Assembly (NCBI GenBank): GCA_028826165.1
Contig: JAPDFW010000098.1
Location: 51,173-115,172, forward strand
DNA from: Anaeramoeba ignava BMAN
Lineage: Eukaryota; Protista; Anaeramoebae
Length of the DNA: 64,000 nt
Direction: 5' to 3'
The position numbers were made by a program, and so were the translations under genes. Position 1 is the stretch's first letter; every line of letters begins with the position of its first letter. Of the stretch, positions 38,675 through 51,879 are shown in pieces. Below the pieces are notes generated by a model, which did not search any database, was not told where the DNA came from, and was given only the letters and a program-made list of their open reading frames with translations.

Positions 38675-40455
38675 ATGAAAAACAATAAAAAGAATCAAAA
38701 AAATAAAAAGAACGATAAAAAAGAAGAACCAGTTGAAAAAAGAGCAAAACAAACAGTAAAATTAAAAAGATTAACAAGAGAAAAAGAACAAAAAAAGTTA
38801 AATGAATAAGAAATGTTGCGCATATTTATATTCTATTTAAACACAGAATTATATATGGTTTTATGTTCCAAATTTAATTGGATATTTAAGACTTATTTTA
38901 ATGTCAATTAGCTTCTTCAGTTTCCAAAAGCATCCCGTGCTCACCGTTACTTCCTATTTCTTTAGTTATCTTCTTGATTATGCTGATGGTTTTACTGCTC
39001 GTCTTTTTAATCAATGTAAATTTCTTCTTTTATAGTTAAAATTAAAATCAAAATTAATATTAAAATATTAAAATTAAAATTAAAATTAAATTAAAATTAA
39101 AAATTAAAAGAAAAAAACAAAAAAAATTAAAATCAAAATTAAAATTCTATTTAAAAATTAAAATTATGGTAATTAAAATCAAAAATCAAAATTTAATATT
39201 AAAATTAAAATCAAAATTAAAATTAAAATTAATTTCAAAATTATAATTAAAATTAAATTCATTTTATAAAATTAAAATTAAATTTCTTCTTTTATAATTA
39301 AAATTAAAATTAAAAATTAAAATTAAAATTAAAATTAAAATTAAAATTAAAATTAAAATTCATTTATAAAATTAAAATTAAAATTAAAATTAAAATTAAA
39401 ATTAAAATTAAAATTAAAAATTAAAATTAAAATTAAAATTAAAATTAAAATTAAAATTAAAATTAAAATTAAAATTAAAATTAAAATTAAAATTAAAATT
39501 AATATTAAAATTAAAATTAAAATTAAAATTAAAATTAAAATTAAAATTAAAATTAAAATTAAAATTAAAATTAAAATTAAAATTAAAATTAAATTTAAAA
39601 TTAAAATTAAAATTAAAATTAAAATTAAAATTAAAATTAAAATTAAAATTAAAATTAAAATTAAAATTAAAATTAAAATTAAAATTAAAATTAAAATTAA
39701 AATTCATTTATAAAATTAAAATCAAAATTAAAATTAAAATCAAAAATTAAAATTAAAATTAAAATTAATATTAAAATTAAAATTAAAATTAAAATTAAAA
39801 TTAAAATTAAAATTAAAATTAAAAATTAAAATTAAAATTAAAATTAAAATTAAAATTAAAATTAAAATTAAAATTAAAATGTGGAAATTAACTGGGGATT
39901 AAATTAACAGGCAGTATGTTTGGAGCAGTACTTGATATGGTTACCGATCGCTCAACAAGTTGTGGATTATTAATGGTAGTAGGAACATTATATCCGAAAT
40001 ACACATCATTTTTCACATTAACAAGTGCACTTGATATCTGCAGTCATTGGATGCAAATGTACGCATCACTAGTTGATCACAAAACGAGTCACAAAAAAAT
40101 TGATTCAAATCAAAACATTCTTTTAAGAATTTATTATGGATCCCGTTTGTTTATGGGAACTCTTATTGTTGGAACAGAAACTTTTGGAAACGCTCTTTAT
40201 TTGAACCGTTTTTCAAATCAATTGATCCAAAAATATCCTTTTCTTGATTTCTCTTCTTTTGTTCCTTCTTTTACTTTCTATTCTTTTAAGATTAATAATA
40301 TTTTTGCTTTTCTTTCAGCTGTTACTTTCCCTTTATTTTTAATTAAGCAAATTGTTCATGTTGTTCAATTCTTTTCTGCTGCTTCTAAAATTATTGAAAA
40401 AGATTTAGATGCGAAAATTAAAGAAAGAGAATTGAAAGAAAAGAAAAAAAATTAA
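38675..40455 (+). CDS. PIS1: Phosphatidylinositol synthase (CDP-alcohol phosphatidyltransferase)
   Basis: Exons 38675-38755, 38847-39015 and 39911-40455. Motifs YVPNLIGYLR, DYADGFTARLFNQCSMFGAVLDMVTDR, LDICSHW, SHK and KQIVHVVQ. Confidence 0.95.
39016..39910 (+). repeat. PIS1 intron 2: (AAAATT)n array
   Basis: Hexamer array with occasional TTCATTTATA interruptions. Confidence 0.92.
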
Positions 40456-40605
40456 ATCCAAAAAAAAAAACAAATGGATCTTTTTACTTTTTCTTTTACT
40501 TTTTCTTTTACATTTTTTTTTTCTTTTTTTTTTTCTTTTTGGTTTGAAAAAGAACCAAAATTCTTTTCGAAAAAAAAAAATTCAAAATTTCAATTAAAAT
40601 CTCTT

Positions 40606-42095
40606 TCAAATCTTATTTTAAATTTCATTATAAATTTCATTTTAAATCTTGTTTTAAATTTTGTTTTAAATTTCATTTTAAATTTTGTTTTAAATTTCAT
40701 TTTAAATTTCATTTTAAATTTCATTTTAAATTTCATTTTAAATTTCATTTTAAATTTCATTTTAAATTGTTTTAAATTTCATTTTAAATTTCATTTTAAA
40801 TTTCATTTTAAATTTCATTATAAATTTCATTATAAATTTCATTATAAATTTCATTATAAATTTTGTTTTAAATTTAATTTTAAATTTTGTTTTAAATTTC
40901 ATTTTAAATTTCATTTTAAATCTTATTTTAAATTTCATTTTAAATTTCATTTCAAATCTTGTTTTAAATTTTGTTTTAAATTTCATTTCAAATCTTGTTT
41001 TAAATTTTGTTTTAAATTTCATTTTAAATTTCATTTTAAATTTTGTTTTAAATCTTGTTTTAAATTTCATTTTAAATTTCATTTTAAATTTTGTTTTAAA
41101 TTTTGTTTTAAATTTCATTTTAAATTTTGTTTTAAATCTTGTTTTAAATTTTGTTTTAAATTTCATTTTAAATTTCATTTTAAATTTCATTTTAAATTTT
41201 GTTTTAAATTTCATTTTAAATTTCATTTTGAATTTTGTTTTGAATTTCATTTTAAATTTCATTTTAAATCTTATTTTAAATTTTGTTTTAAATTTTGTTT
41301 TAAATTTTGTTTTAAATTTCATTTTAAATTTCATTTTAAATTTTGTTTTAAATTTTGTTTTAAATTTCATTTTAAATTTTGTTTTAAATCTTGTTTTAAA
41401 TTTTGTTTTAAATTTTGTTTTAAATTTCATTTTAAATTTCATTTTAAATTTTGTTTTAAATTTTGTTTTAAATTTCATTTTAAATTTCATTTTGAATTTT
41501 GTTTTGAATTTCATTTTAAATTGTTTTAAATTTCATTTTAAATTGTTTTAAATTTCATTTTAAATCTTATTTTAAATTTCATTTTAAATTTCATTTTAAA
41601 TTTCATTATAAATTTCATTATAAATTTCATTATAAATTTTGTTTTAAATTTAATTTTAAATTTTGTTTTAAATTTCATTTTAAATTTCATTTTAAATCTT
41701 ATTTTAAATTTCATTTTAAATTTCATTTTAAATTTTGTTTTAAATTTTGTTTTAAATCTTGTTTTAAATTTCATTTTAAATTTCATTTTAAATTTTGTTT
41801 TAAATTTTGTTTTAAATTTCATTTTAAATTTTGTTTTAAATTTCATTTTAAATTGTTTTAAATTTCATTTTAAATTTCATTATAAATTTTGTTTTAAATT
41901 TCATTTTAAATTTCATTTTAAATCTTATTTTAAATTTTGTTTTAAATTTTGTTTTAAATTTTGTTTTAAATTTCATTTTAAATCTTGTTTTAAATTTCAT
42001 TTTAAATTTTGTTTTAAATTTTGTTTTAAATTTTGTTTTAAATTTCATTTTAAATTTTGTTTTAAATTTTGTTTTAAATTTTGTTTTAAATCTCA
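40606..42095. repeat. 1.5 kb intergenic 12-bp minisatellite (TTTAAATTTCAT / TTTAAATTTTGT variants)
   Basis: Lies between the convergent stop codons of PIS1 and the RasGAP gene. Blocks of variant units recur. Confidence 0.93.
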
Positions 42096-42097
42096 AA

Positions 42098-45000
42098 TTA
42101 TTTCAAATCTTTCATATTTTCTTGTAAATCTTTTATTTCTAATTGTAAATCTTTGAAATTTAATTTTAAATTCTCTATAATCTTGGAAATTTTTGGAAAT
42201 GATTCTAAAAAATTGATTACAATCTCTTTTAAATCTTGATCATTTTTCGAAGTAATATCTGAATAAAGTTTCTCAAAAATTTTCTTGCAAATATTCTCTT
42301 TAGAAATAATAGAATAAACATAAGTCAAACTTTCATGAATTTGGCTTTGAGAAATTTCAAGTCTTTCATAAAAAGAAGATAAATCAGAATTTAAATTGTC
42401 AAAATTAAGAATTTTTCGGAGAAACTAATTTGTATTCAAAATTTATCGATTGAGGTTCTTGTGGTTTTACAACCTTAACAATAGTATTGTCTTCAGAAAT
42501 ATCTAATTGAGAAGAAGAAAGAACAACAACACAATCATCAGAATTAATTCCAAGTGAATCGGAAGTAGAAATTGGGGAAACAGAAAAAACAGGACTGATA
42601 AGCTGATCCATAAAAACATGCGAAAGAGGGATATATTCACTAAGTAAATTGTTAAGAGGCTCCATCGGAGATTCTTTCATAAACAAAATTCCATTGGCAA
42701 CACCTTGAATCACTTTTGAAATTAAAACAAGAGCTCGTCGCGGTATTTCGGGTGGTGGAGAATCAATGATGTTGAATCTTTCGGGCGCAATTATTGCTGG
42801 GCAAATAAACCGCAGGAATACAAATCCACTTAACACAACATATGTTGAGTTCGGAAACTTTTTGTTGGTTATGGAGGATAATCTTTGACAAAGATCGCGC
42901 AATATTATTGGACAATAGGAAATCGCTCCAAAAATACTATCCAAAAAACTTCGTGAATAATGCTCAAGTTGTTTAACATTTGATTCCTGTTTGTCTTGTT
43001 TTGAATCTAATTTTCCAGGATAAATTTCAAGATTTTCATTCAAAAGAATCACCTCTTGAACCAATTTTTGGATCGCTTTTTTCAGGAAAAATTCTCCAAA
43101 AAAAGCTGCGAATTCAGACATCATTTTGCTTGCAGGACTTTTGCCTCTGAAAAGAAGCGTCGATTTATTTGTTATATCCAATTCTTTCAAAATTAGTTTC
43201 TCAATAAAATCAAGAATGCACGATTTTTCTGATGATTCTAATATGTAAACAAGAGAATGGCACAAATTCCCAGCATCTTGAATTGCAACTTCATCAAGTG
43301 CATATTGACTAAACTCCATTTCGTGAGTTAATATGATGCTTCTCATTGCTTGTTGTTCGCGTTCTGTCTCTAAAATTCCGAAAGAATTTGAGTGTTCTTG
43401 GCTTGGTTCTTCTTGTGAACCTCGCCGTTTAGAAGAATCAAGAATCATAAATTCCTTTTTGATTGAAAGAGTGCGTTTTGTTCGTGAACGAACTGCTTGC
43501 TGTGGTTCTTTCCAGATTTTAACTGGAGCTGGAAATACAATTTCAACATCATTATAATCAATTGTGTAAATTTCTTCCTTTGATTTCACAAGAAGTTTTC
43601 CTTTGTCTTTTTCGCTGTGAATTATGATTTCGACCCATTCGTTTTGGGATAGCTTTTCATGATTTTTTGTGACTACTAAACAACGCGGATTGTTATCTAG
43701 AACGATTCCAATCTCGCATCTTAATAGATAGGCCAATGCCACAATTCTCCAATTATAAAATGAGCTGAGATGCTGATTAAAAAGATTATATTCAGTTTCA
43801 AATGAGAAATTCTCTAAATTTGGATCATGATCAACTTTTGTGCTTTGGAGAAGAAGAGTATTCAATTCTTCCAAACGCTTGTGACAGGATGCAATTTCTG
43901 ATTCAATCCAGTTGAGTATTTTTTTGATATTCTGTTTTGATTCTTCGACTTGTTCTTTCTTGAAAATATGCATGTTCTCGTGTTCAGAAAGGGAATAAAG
44001 AAAATTAAAAAGTTGAAGAATATCGAAAATTTTTATCCAATTCTTAAGCGAACTTTCTGAACCTGCTGCTACTGTAATGGTTTCTGTTGGTGTGGATATT
44101 TGGAAAACATTGTTTTGTATTGATTGAGAGAGCATAGACAACTTCAAAGATTCCATACTATTTGGCGATATATTCGCTCTTGGCACAACACTAAATGACC
44201 TAAGTTTTAAGCTCTTCCATTTTTTTGTATCTGTTCTTGATTTGCGGAGTACAAGCTCAGATCCTGTAAGAATCATCCAAACTTGCATCCATGAAGCTCC
44301 GCCAAACTTCTTGTTGCGGAAGAGAAAGAAAGTTCCTTCGGTGAAGATTGGCGGTTTTAGATTCGCAACTGAAATTTTTGCCGCCTTTTGATTTTTCAAG
44401 AAAAGTCCATAATAAACATGTGCCTTTGCTGTTAGAACATCTGGATGAATCATATGGAGATGATCTGTGAAAAGCAAACCCTTTTTTTCAGGATTGCGGA
44501 GTGATACTGCAGTTGCCAAATTGCTTGGATGTTTAAAAGAAAGAAAATCATTAAATTCAGAATCTTTTTCTTGTTTAGGAAGCTCCACAGAAAACCATTC
44601 TTCCTTGTCATATAATAAATGGACTTTGTTTGTGTTTGAATCTTGGATCTCTTGTTCTGTTTCTTCATTTGATATTTCGCTTTCATTTCCACTGGATTTA
44701 TGTGAGAATCCATACACTTTAGCTGGTGAATCAACAATAGGAAGTTTGATTCCAAATTCCAAATCAAGCATTGTTAAAAGAACTCGATTTCTCCATGTTG
44801 CCAAATTGCGAATTCTGAGTTGAATTTCTTCGATTCTTTTTTGCGCTTGGAAATGGGAATAGTCATCGTTTCCACTGTAAAATTGCAAGAGATTTTCATC
44901 GCAAATTAAGTTTTGATTTTCTTGAGAAATGTTATTTTCTATCCAACGATAAATTCTCAATATTTTCTCAATAGTTTCGTTGGTATTTTCTTGGTTATTT

Positions 45001-48000
45001 TTGAATAATTCCGAAAAGATCACAAATTCATGAAATTTGCTGATCATTTCAAGTTTTTCCATCCATTTTTGTTGTGATTCTACAGAATCGGCAAAAAATT
45101 CCATTGAAAATGTGAAGAAATCAATACGAATTGCATGCTCAAAACCCGAATAAATTTCAGGTGAAACTTTTTTGGTTGTAATCTTGCAATGTCTCAAATC
45201 AACAATCCAAATTGGATTGAGTATTGTATTGGAAATATACACTCTGAGAATCCATCCTCTAACCACAACCCAATGTTTTTCCATGCGCTTTGTTGAAAAA
45301 CTATAAAGAGGTCCTTCATGATAAATTGGGAAATTCCAGAAATCTGTTTCGTTATCAGTTTTCCAGTTTTCGAATAACCGATTTATTGCTGAATGAACTT
45401 GTTTTTGTGGGAAAAGATCCAGATTACGATAAATATACAAGTCTTCAAGTGTTCGCACAAATACTTCAATGCGTAAATCACTTTCATTGCCAATATTCTC
45501 GAGAGATACATCTTGTTCTGAATCTGTGTCTGAAAGATATTCAAATGTTGTTGGCTCTTCTGCTATTGATAAATTTGCAATTTCGGTTGATTTGGTAATA
45601 TCTTCTTGACTTTTTTCTGATTGTTGAAGATTTTCTGAATCAGAACTTTTTTTCACTAAATTTTGCGTGATATCTTTTGCAATTTCTAAATTGGATGTGG
45701 TTGTTTTTGGATCAGTATTGGTTCGATTATCTGAATTTTCTTGAATTTGATTTTCAAGATTTTCCTTTAAATTCTTTTCGATATTTGAATAATCTTTTTG
45801 GATTTGGATTTGGTTTTGATTTTCATCAATATTTTCATTTAATTTCAAAGTACGAATAAAATCGATTGGAGCATTTGCTTTCATTGAACTACTTTTCTTG
45901 ATAAAAATTAAAGCGGAAGCAGGAGTAACAATTTCAACTCGATTTGCAGGAATTTTCCCTTGTTTTCCTTTGGAATTTTGAGCAACCCAAGTTGTTGAAT
46001 CGGAAGAATCCAAAAGTAACAAAAACTCGTTTTCATTGAAACTTAGCTCGTTTGTATCTTTTGCTTTATATTTGCCAAGACAGAATACTCGAAGTCCAGA
46101 GTCATGAATTTTTGTAATATCCAATCTGCAAAGACGAGATAGAAAGAGTTTTCTCCACTCTCGAAGCGTAGAAATCCATTCAAGACTTTTTTGCATTTGA
46201 TCCTCCATTTTCTCCACAAATGGATCTATTGTCATCATTTTTTGATGCAATTCAGATTCAGAAACGATTTCTTTCTCAAGCCAGGAAATCATTCGCAAAT
46301 ATTTTTGCTTGAATTCTGATAAAAAAACTCTGTGAATATGAAGAGGTTTTTTCAGCAAACTTGAAAAGTTGTTTCCAATATAAAGAGCATTAAGCCAGTC
46401 TTGCATTTGGGAAACCAGTGTGAAAGCAATTAGAAAATGTTTATCTTGAATGGTTTGTATTGTGATCATATATTTAGGATTTTCGTTTCGTGTTGTTTTT
46501 TCAATCAATTTAATTTGGAAGAAGTTTATTTTATCGAGAAATCCTGTTAAAATTTCCTTAGAATTTTTAAAAACAACAATTTCACTTCCATTGATGACTA
46601 GCCAGCGTTTCCTTAGTCGTGCTTTTTTGAAGAGATCCTCTGCTGTTTGGCAACTTTTCCAATATACTTGACCTTCTTTAAAAATGGGGAACATGGTTTC
46701 CGAGCTCATTTGAGATTTTTCTTGGAATAAAATACTTTTATTTGTTCTGCTTCGAGCAAATTCTTCAACTTGACTTGATCTAGTAAGTGGTTCCATATCC
46801 CATTCTACTCCAAATTTCTTGCTTTTTGCAAAATCAATATCAATTATTTCCACATATTTTGTAATAACATTCCCAACAAGACTTCCAAGTTGTGCTTTTA
46901 TCACATCGTTAATTGGATTGCGAATCAAAATCATCCAATCACCTTTCTTGAAGGATATTTCGCTGGAATTCTTTGCTCTGTATTTCTTCATTGCCAAAAT
47001 ACGCGCACGAGTTTCTTGCTCATGTGTTTGATTGAAATGCATTCTTGCAATTTTTGAAAGTAGTTTTTTCCTTGTTTTTCGGAATGGTTCGGGATTTTTT
47101 TGAGAATCAATCCATTTAATAATTTGAATAAATTTCAATGTTGTTTGTTTTAAGTTTTCATCTGATTTTTCTGACATTTCAAAGCAATCTGCGACGTTTT
47201 TGGAAATTAAAATGGAATAGACCCAGTTGTTTGCTTGATCTTGTGTTGGTGCTGAGAATTGGAAGTATTTATTCTCTTCTGTTTTAATCTCGAACATATT
47301 TTCTTGTTTTTCTTGATTTTGGATAGGATATATCATTGATATGAGTCGAATATCTAAGGCAAATATTGGAGGTTTGATTAAATCTTCAGGGAGAAATCCT
47401 GCAAAGAGCCATCCTTTTAGAATGAAGTTTAATAATTTCCACTGTGAATTTTGTGATTATATCATCTTTGATAATAGAAAGTTTGCATTTTAATGATGCT
47501 TTGTAATGAATTGGGAATAATGAACTTGATTTTTCTTCGAGATCACTTTTATTTTTCATATCTCGAGCAAATGAGAGTTGAGATGATAATTTCCTGAATA
47601 GAGTTATTTGAAGTTTTTTAGTTTCATCTTCAATTTTATTTTCTTCTTCGATATTATCTTCTTGAATTTTATTATCTTCTTCTATTTTATTTTCTTCTTC
47701 TATTTTATTTTCTTCTTGAATTTTATTATCTTCTTTAATTTTATTATCTTCTTCAATTTTATTATCTTCTTCAATTTTATTATCATCTTGAATTTTATTA
47801 TCTTCTTGAATTTTATTATCCTCTTCTATTTTATTATCTTCTTTAATTTTATTTTCTTCTTCAATTTTATTATCTTCTTGAATTTTATTATCTTCTTTAA
47901 TTTTATTATCTTCTTTAATTTTATTATCTTTCAATTTTATTATCTTCTTTAATTTTATTATCATCTTGAATTTTATTATCTTCAATTTTATTATCTTCTT

Positions 48001-51000
48001 CAATTTTATTATCTTCTTCAATTTTATTATCTTCTTCTATTCTATTTTCTTCTTTAATTTTATTATCTTCTTCAATTTTATTATCTTCTTCAATTTGTTT
48101 ATTTTCTTTAATTTGTTTATTATCTTCTTCAATTTGTTTATTTTCTTTAATTTGTTTATCTTCAATTTGTTTATTTTCTTCAATTTGTTTATCTTCTTCA
48201 ATTTTATTTTCTTCTTTAATTTTATTATCTTCTTCAATTTTATTATCTTCTTCAATTTCATTATCTTTAATTTTATTATCTTCTTCAATTTTATTATCTT
48301 CAATTTTATTATCTTTAATTTGATTATCTTCAATTTTATTATCTTCAATTTCATTATCTTCAATTTGTTTATCTTCTTCAATTTTATTATCTTCTTCAAT
48401 TTGTTTATTTTCAATTTTATTATCTTCTTCAATTTGTTTATTTTCAATTTTATTATCTTCTTCAATTTCATTATCTTCAATTTGTTTATCTTCTTCAATT
48501 TTATTATCCTCTTCAATTTTATCTTCTTTAATTTGATTATCTTCTTTAATTTTATTATCTTCAATTTGTTTATCTTCTTTAATTTTATTATCTTCTTCAA
48601 TTTGTTTATCTTCTTTAATTTGATTATCTTCTTTAATTTTATTATCTTCAATTTGTTTATCTTCTTTAATTTTATTATCTTCTTCAATTTGTTTATCTTC
48701 TTCAATTTGTTTATCTTCTTCAATTTGTTTATCTTCAATTTGTTTATCTTTTTCAATTTGATTATCTTTATTTTTATCTTCTTCAATTTGTTTATTTTTA
48801 TTTTTATCTTCTTCAATTTGTTTATTTTCTTCAATTTGTTTATCTTTAATTTGTTTATCTTCAATTTTATTATCTTCTATTTGTTTATCTTTTCAATTTG
48901 TTTATTTTCTATTTGTTTATCTTCAATTTTATTATCTTTTTCAATTTGTTTATCTTTTTCAATTTGTTTATCTTTTTCAATTTGTTTATCTTTAATTTGT
49001 TTATCTTTAATTTTATTATCTTTAATTTGATTATCTTCTTCTATTTTATTATTATCTTCTTCAATTTGTTTATCTTCAATTTCATTATCCTTAATTTCAT
49101 TATCTTTAATTTTATTATCTTCTTCAATTTGTTTATCTTCTTCAATTTTATTATCTTCTTCAATTTGTTTATCTTCTTCAATTTGTTGTTCATCTCCAAA
49201 TATAGATTGATATACACTTAATTCAATAAAAATTCCCTCTTGAATATTCCCAAATTGCTCACAATCTAAAATTTTTTTCATTTCTTCTTCAGACCATATT
49301 TCAATAGCTTCAGGAATATCAATAATCTCTAAATCTTTACGTAAAATCTTGGCTATTCTATTACCTGATTTCCCTTCCAAAAATTTATTATCAAATTCTC
49401 GAAGATCTGTGAACCATTGATCTTCTTTGTAACAATGTTGAGAATTAACATCAATAGGAATTCGAGATGATATTGAATATCCAATATAGTTTTCCTTGAT
49501 TTCGGGAAATTTTATTCGTGATAAAATCCCTAATAAAAGTCTTCGAGCATAAACCAAAATAGAAATCTCATTAATAACCAAAGATATTCTCTGAAATGTT
49601 GTGTCTAACTGAGAAAAAGCTAAATCATTCTTTTCTGTTTCATCTTTTGAACTTTGCGAAAAAAATCGTTTCAATTTCTTCTTTGGAACATTTCTTTTCT
49701 GTGAAAGATTTGGTGTCTTACTTGGCTCGACACCTTGTTTGGGATTTATTTGTGGCACTTTCTCAGATTTCTGGATTTGTTTTGGAATGCTCAATAAATT
49801 TGTATCAGAAAAATCACAATTCAGATCAGGATCAAAAAAATGAGGATATTTTTGCTTGATATTTTCTAAAAAAACAAATTTTGCTCGTTTCATTTGATTC
49901 AAAAACTTTGTTTTTTCCTCCTTTCTTTTTGAGATCCATCTAAGAAGTGTTTGGATCATTTTTTCGTACTTAGCTCTTTCTTCCAAAACAAATGATTGAG
50001 AAATGTGCAGAGATGATATGATAAGAAAGTATTGAGAAACAAGAAGAATGTGCATCCATTCATCCATTAACTTTTTATTTTCTGCGCAAAAAATATAAGT
50101 GGTGGATCCAAACACGCATTGGAAGCTCAATGGCTTGTTGGTTTTGATTTCTGCATTTTGAATCAGTTTCAATTCAGATACTGGATGAATGATTTCTGGA
50201 CGAGCTCTTTTCTTCGAATCAAAAATCATGAAATTCGAAAACGATAATATGATCCATTTCGGATCCCATTTTTTCAAGTTATCTTTTGTTGTTTGCAACA
50301 ACACCTGTCCTTCTTTAAACAGTGATAAAACCTGGCAATCATTTTCAAGAAACTTCCATGCCTCCTTTTGATTTTGAGGCATTGAGACTAGTGGATCGTT
50401 TGATTCAGTAATTGGATATTCTGGAACAAGAAGTCGGCAATTTTTGTATGAAAACCATCCAACTTTTCCTCGACACAAACCGAACCAAAGATTTTTACTT
50501 TCATATACTCTGATCAATAAGACTAAATCGAAATTATCTGGAGAAATCATTTCTTTGTCGAGATTTTTCTCTTTTGCTCCAACATTCAAGAGAAATTGAG
50601 AAAATGTTTGGAAATTATCTGAAACTAATTGGTGTAATTTTACAAGAAGGTTCATTTGATAATTATTCACTGAAACCATGTTTTGCTCAATTTTTTGTGT
50701 TTTTTGTTTGATATCTTGAGATTTCAAGTCGGTTCGTGTTTGGTTTTCTTCATTAATTAGTAAATTTTGGAAATGAAGATAATTTTTAATATATTGAAGA
50801 TGCACAAGAAATGTCTTCATAAATTCTTCATCTGTTTGATATAATTTTCTTGATGTGTTAATTAGAACCAATTTCGACATTAAAATCGAAGCCATCCACG
50901 AATTCATTTCGTCTTCATTTGCTGCTGAAAGAAGATAGACTCTTTGATCAGTCACTAATTGGAATGAATTTTCCTTTTCAAGTTTTTTCCCCTCTTTTTC

Positions 51001-51650
51001 CACAACAAAAATATCCTTCAATTTAAGTGTTCCCGAGGGATTTCCAAGTATGTTTTTATGCAGATGCATTGCGTGGTGATAAACAAGTTCGGTTCCATTT
51101 AGAATAAAATATCTTTTTTGCCATTTTGATCTTCTTTCTCCCCATTTATATAAATATCCTTCTTTCCCAAAAAGAGAAATAATTTCATTGTTTGATTCTT
51201 TTTGTCTGAGATTAACAATTGGCAAATATTTGCTTTCAACTTGGTTTTCAACTTGGTTTTCTTTTTTAATTTTCGTTATTTGATTTTTTGGAGCGCCTTT
51301 TTGTAAATATTTTTTAATTAATTTATTGTTTTTCATTGTGTTTAATTTGTTTGGAATTGAAACAACTTTTTGAATAAAATTATATTTTGTTTTTGTATCT
51401 GTTTCCAAATCATTAATAATTCTAACAAATTCTCCTAAAAAAAAAATAAAAATTTTAAAATCAAATTAAAATTTAATAAAAAATTTCAAATACTTGGAAA
51501 AAATCCTTTAATTTTTGTTGAAACTAATTCTCCTTCCCATAAATCTTGGTCTTTGTTAATAATACGAATTAAATCACCTTGTGAAAATGAAATTAATTTA
51601 TTTGTTGGTGAAATAAAATCAAATAAAGCAATTCCATAAGTTAAATTCAT
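42098..51650 (-). CDS. Giant SH3/PH-repeat RasGAP protein (~3,150 aa)
   Basis: The N-terminal SH3 exon is 51650-51494 (ALFDF..SFSQGD..WEG..GFFP) and the intron is 51493-51435. The ORFs 48877-51408, 47386-48021, 42405-47336 and 42098-42328 join through single-base homopolymer shifts. The RasGAP arginine finger LFRG and signature FLRFICPAIIAP are present. Confidence 0.85.
47625..49190 (-). repeat. Coding 15/18-bp repeat encoding (E)EDNKI/(E)EDKQI, ~500 aa
   Basis: In-frame acidic repeat between PH modules 2 and 3. Confidence 0.85.
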
Positions 51651-51879
51651 TTTTTTTTTTGAATTAATTAATTAATTAAATTATAAAAAGTTAAAAAATG
51701 AAAATTTATTTTTTGGAAAATTTAATTTTTCTTCTCTAAATCAAAAATCAAAAAAAAAAAAGCAAAAAATCAAAAAATCAAGTAAAAAAAAAAACTGATT
51801 GGAAATAATTATTATTATAATTATTATTATTTTTTTTCGTTTTGTTTTGTTTTGTTTTGTTTTAATTTTTTTTCAAATA

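Noticed and set aside
40606-42095. CRISPR array or coding extension of the RasGAP gene
   Set aside because: There are no unique spacers, the context is eukaryotic, and the RasGAP frame stops at 42098.
2240-48895. Eight single-base frameshifts in otherwise intact genes (ITPK1 ~2245; FRY ~27436 and ~27772; RNGTT ~32282; RasGAP ~42414, ~47451, ~47931 and ~48891) as programmed frameshifting or pseudogenisation
   Set aside because: All lie in A/T homopolymer runs, occur in both directions, share no slippery-site-plus-stop motif and hit essential genes. This is typical of long-read indel error, which a short-read pileup would confirm.
19944-51650. Inteins in the large proteins
   Set aside because: I saw no Hint-like block or HN-[C/S/T] junction in an insertion. 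The insertions are low-complexity repeats.
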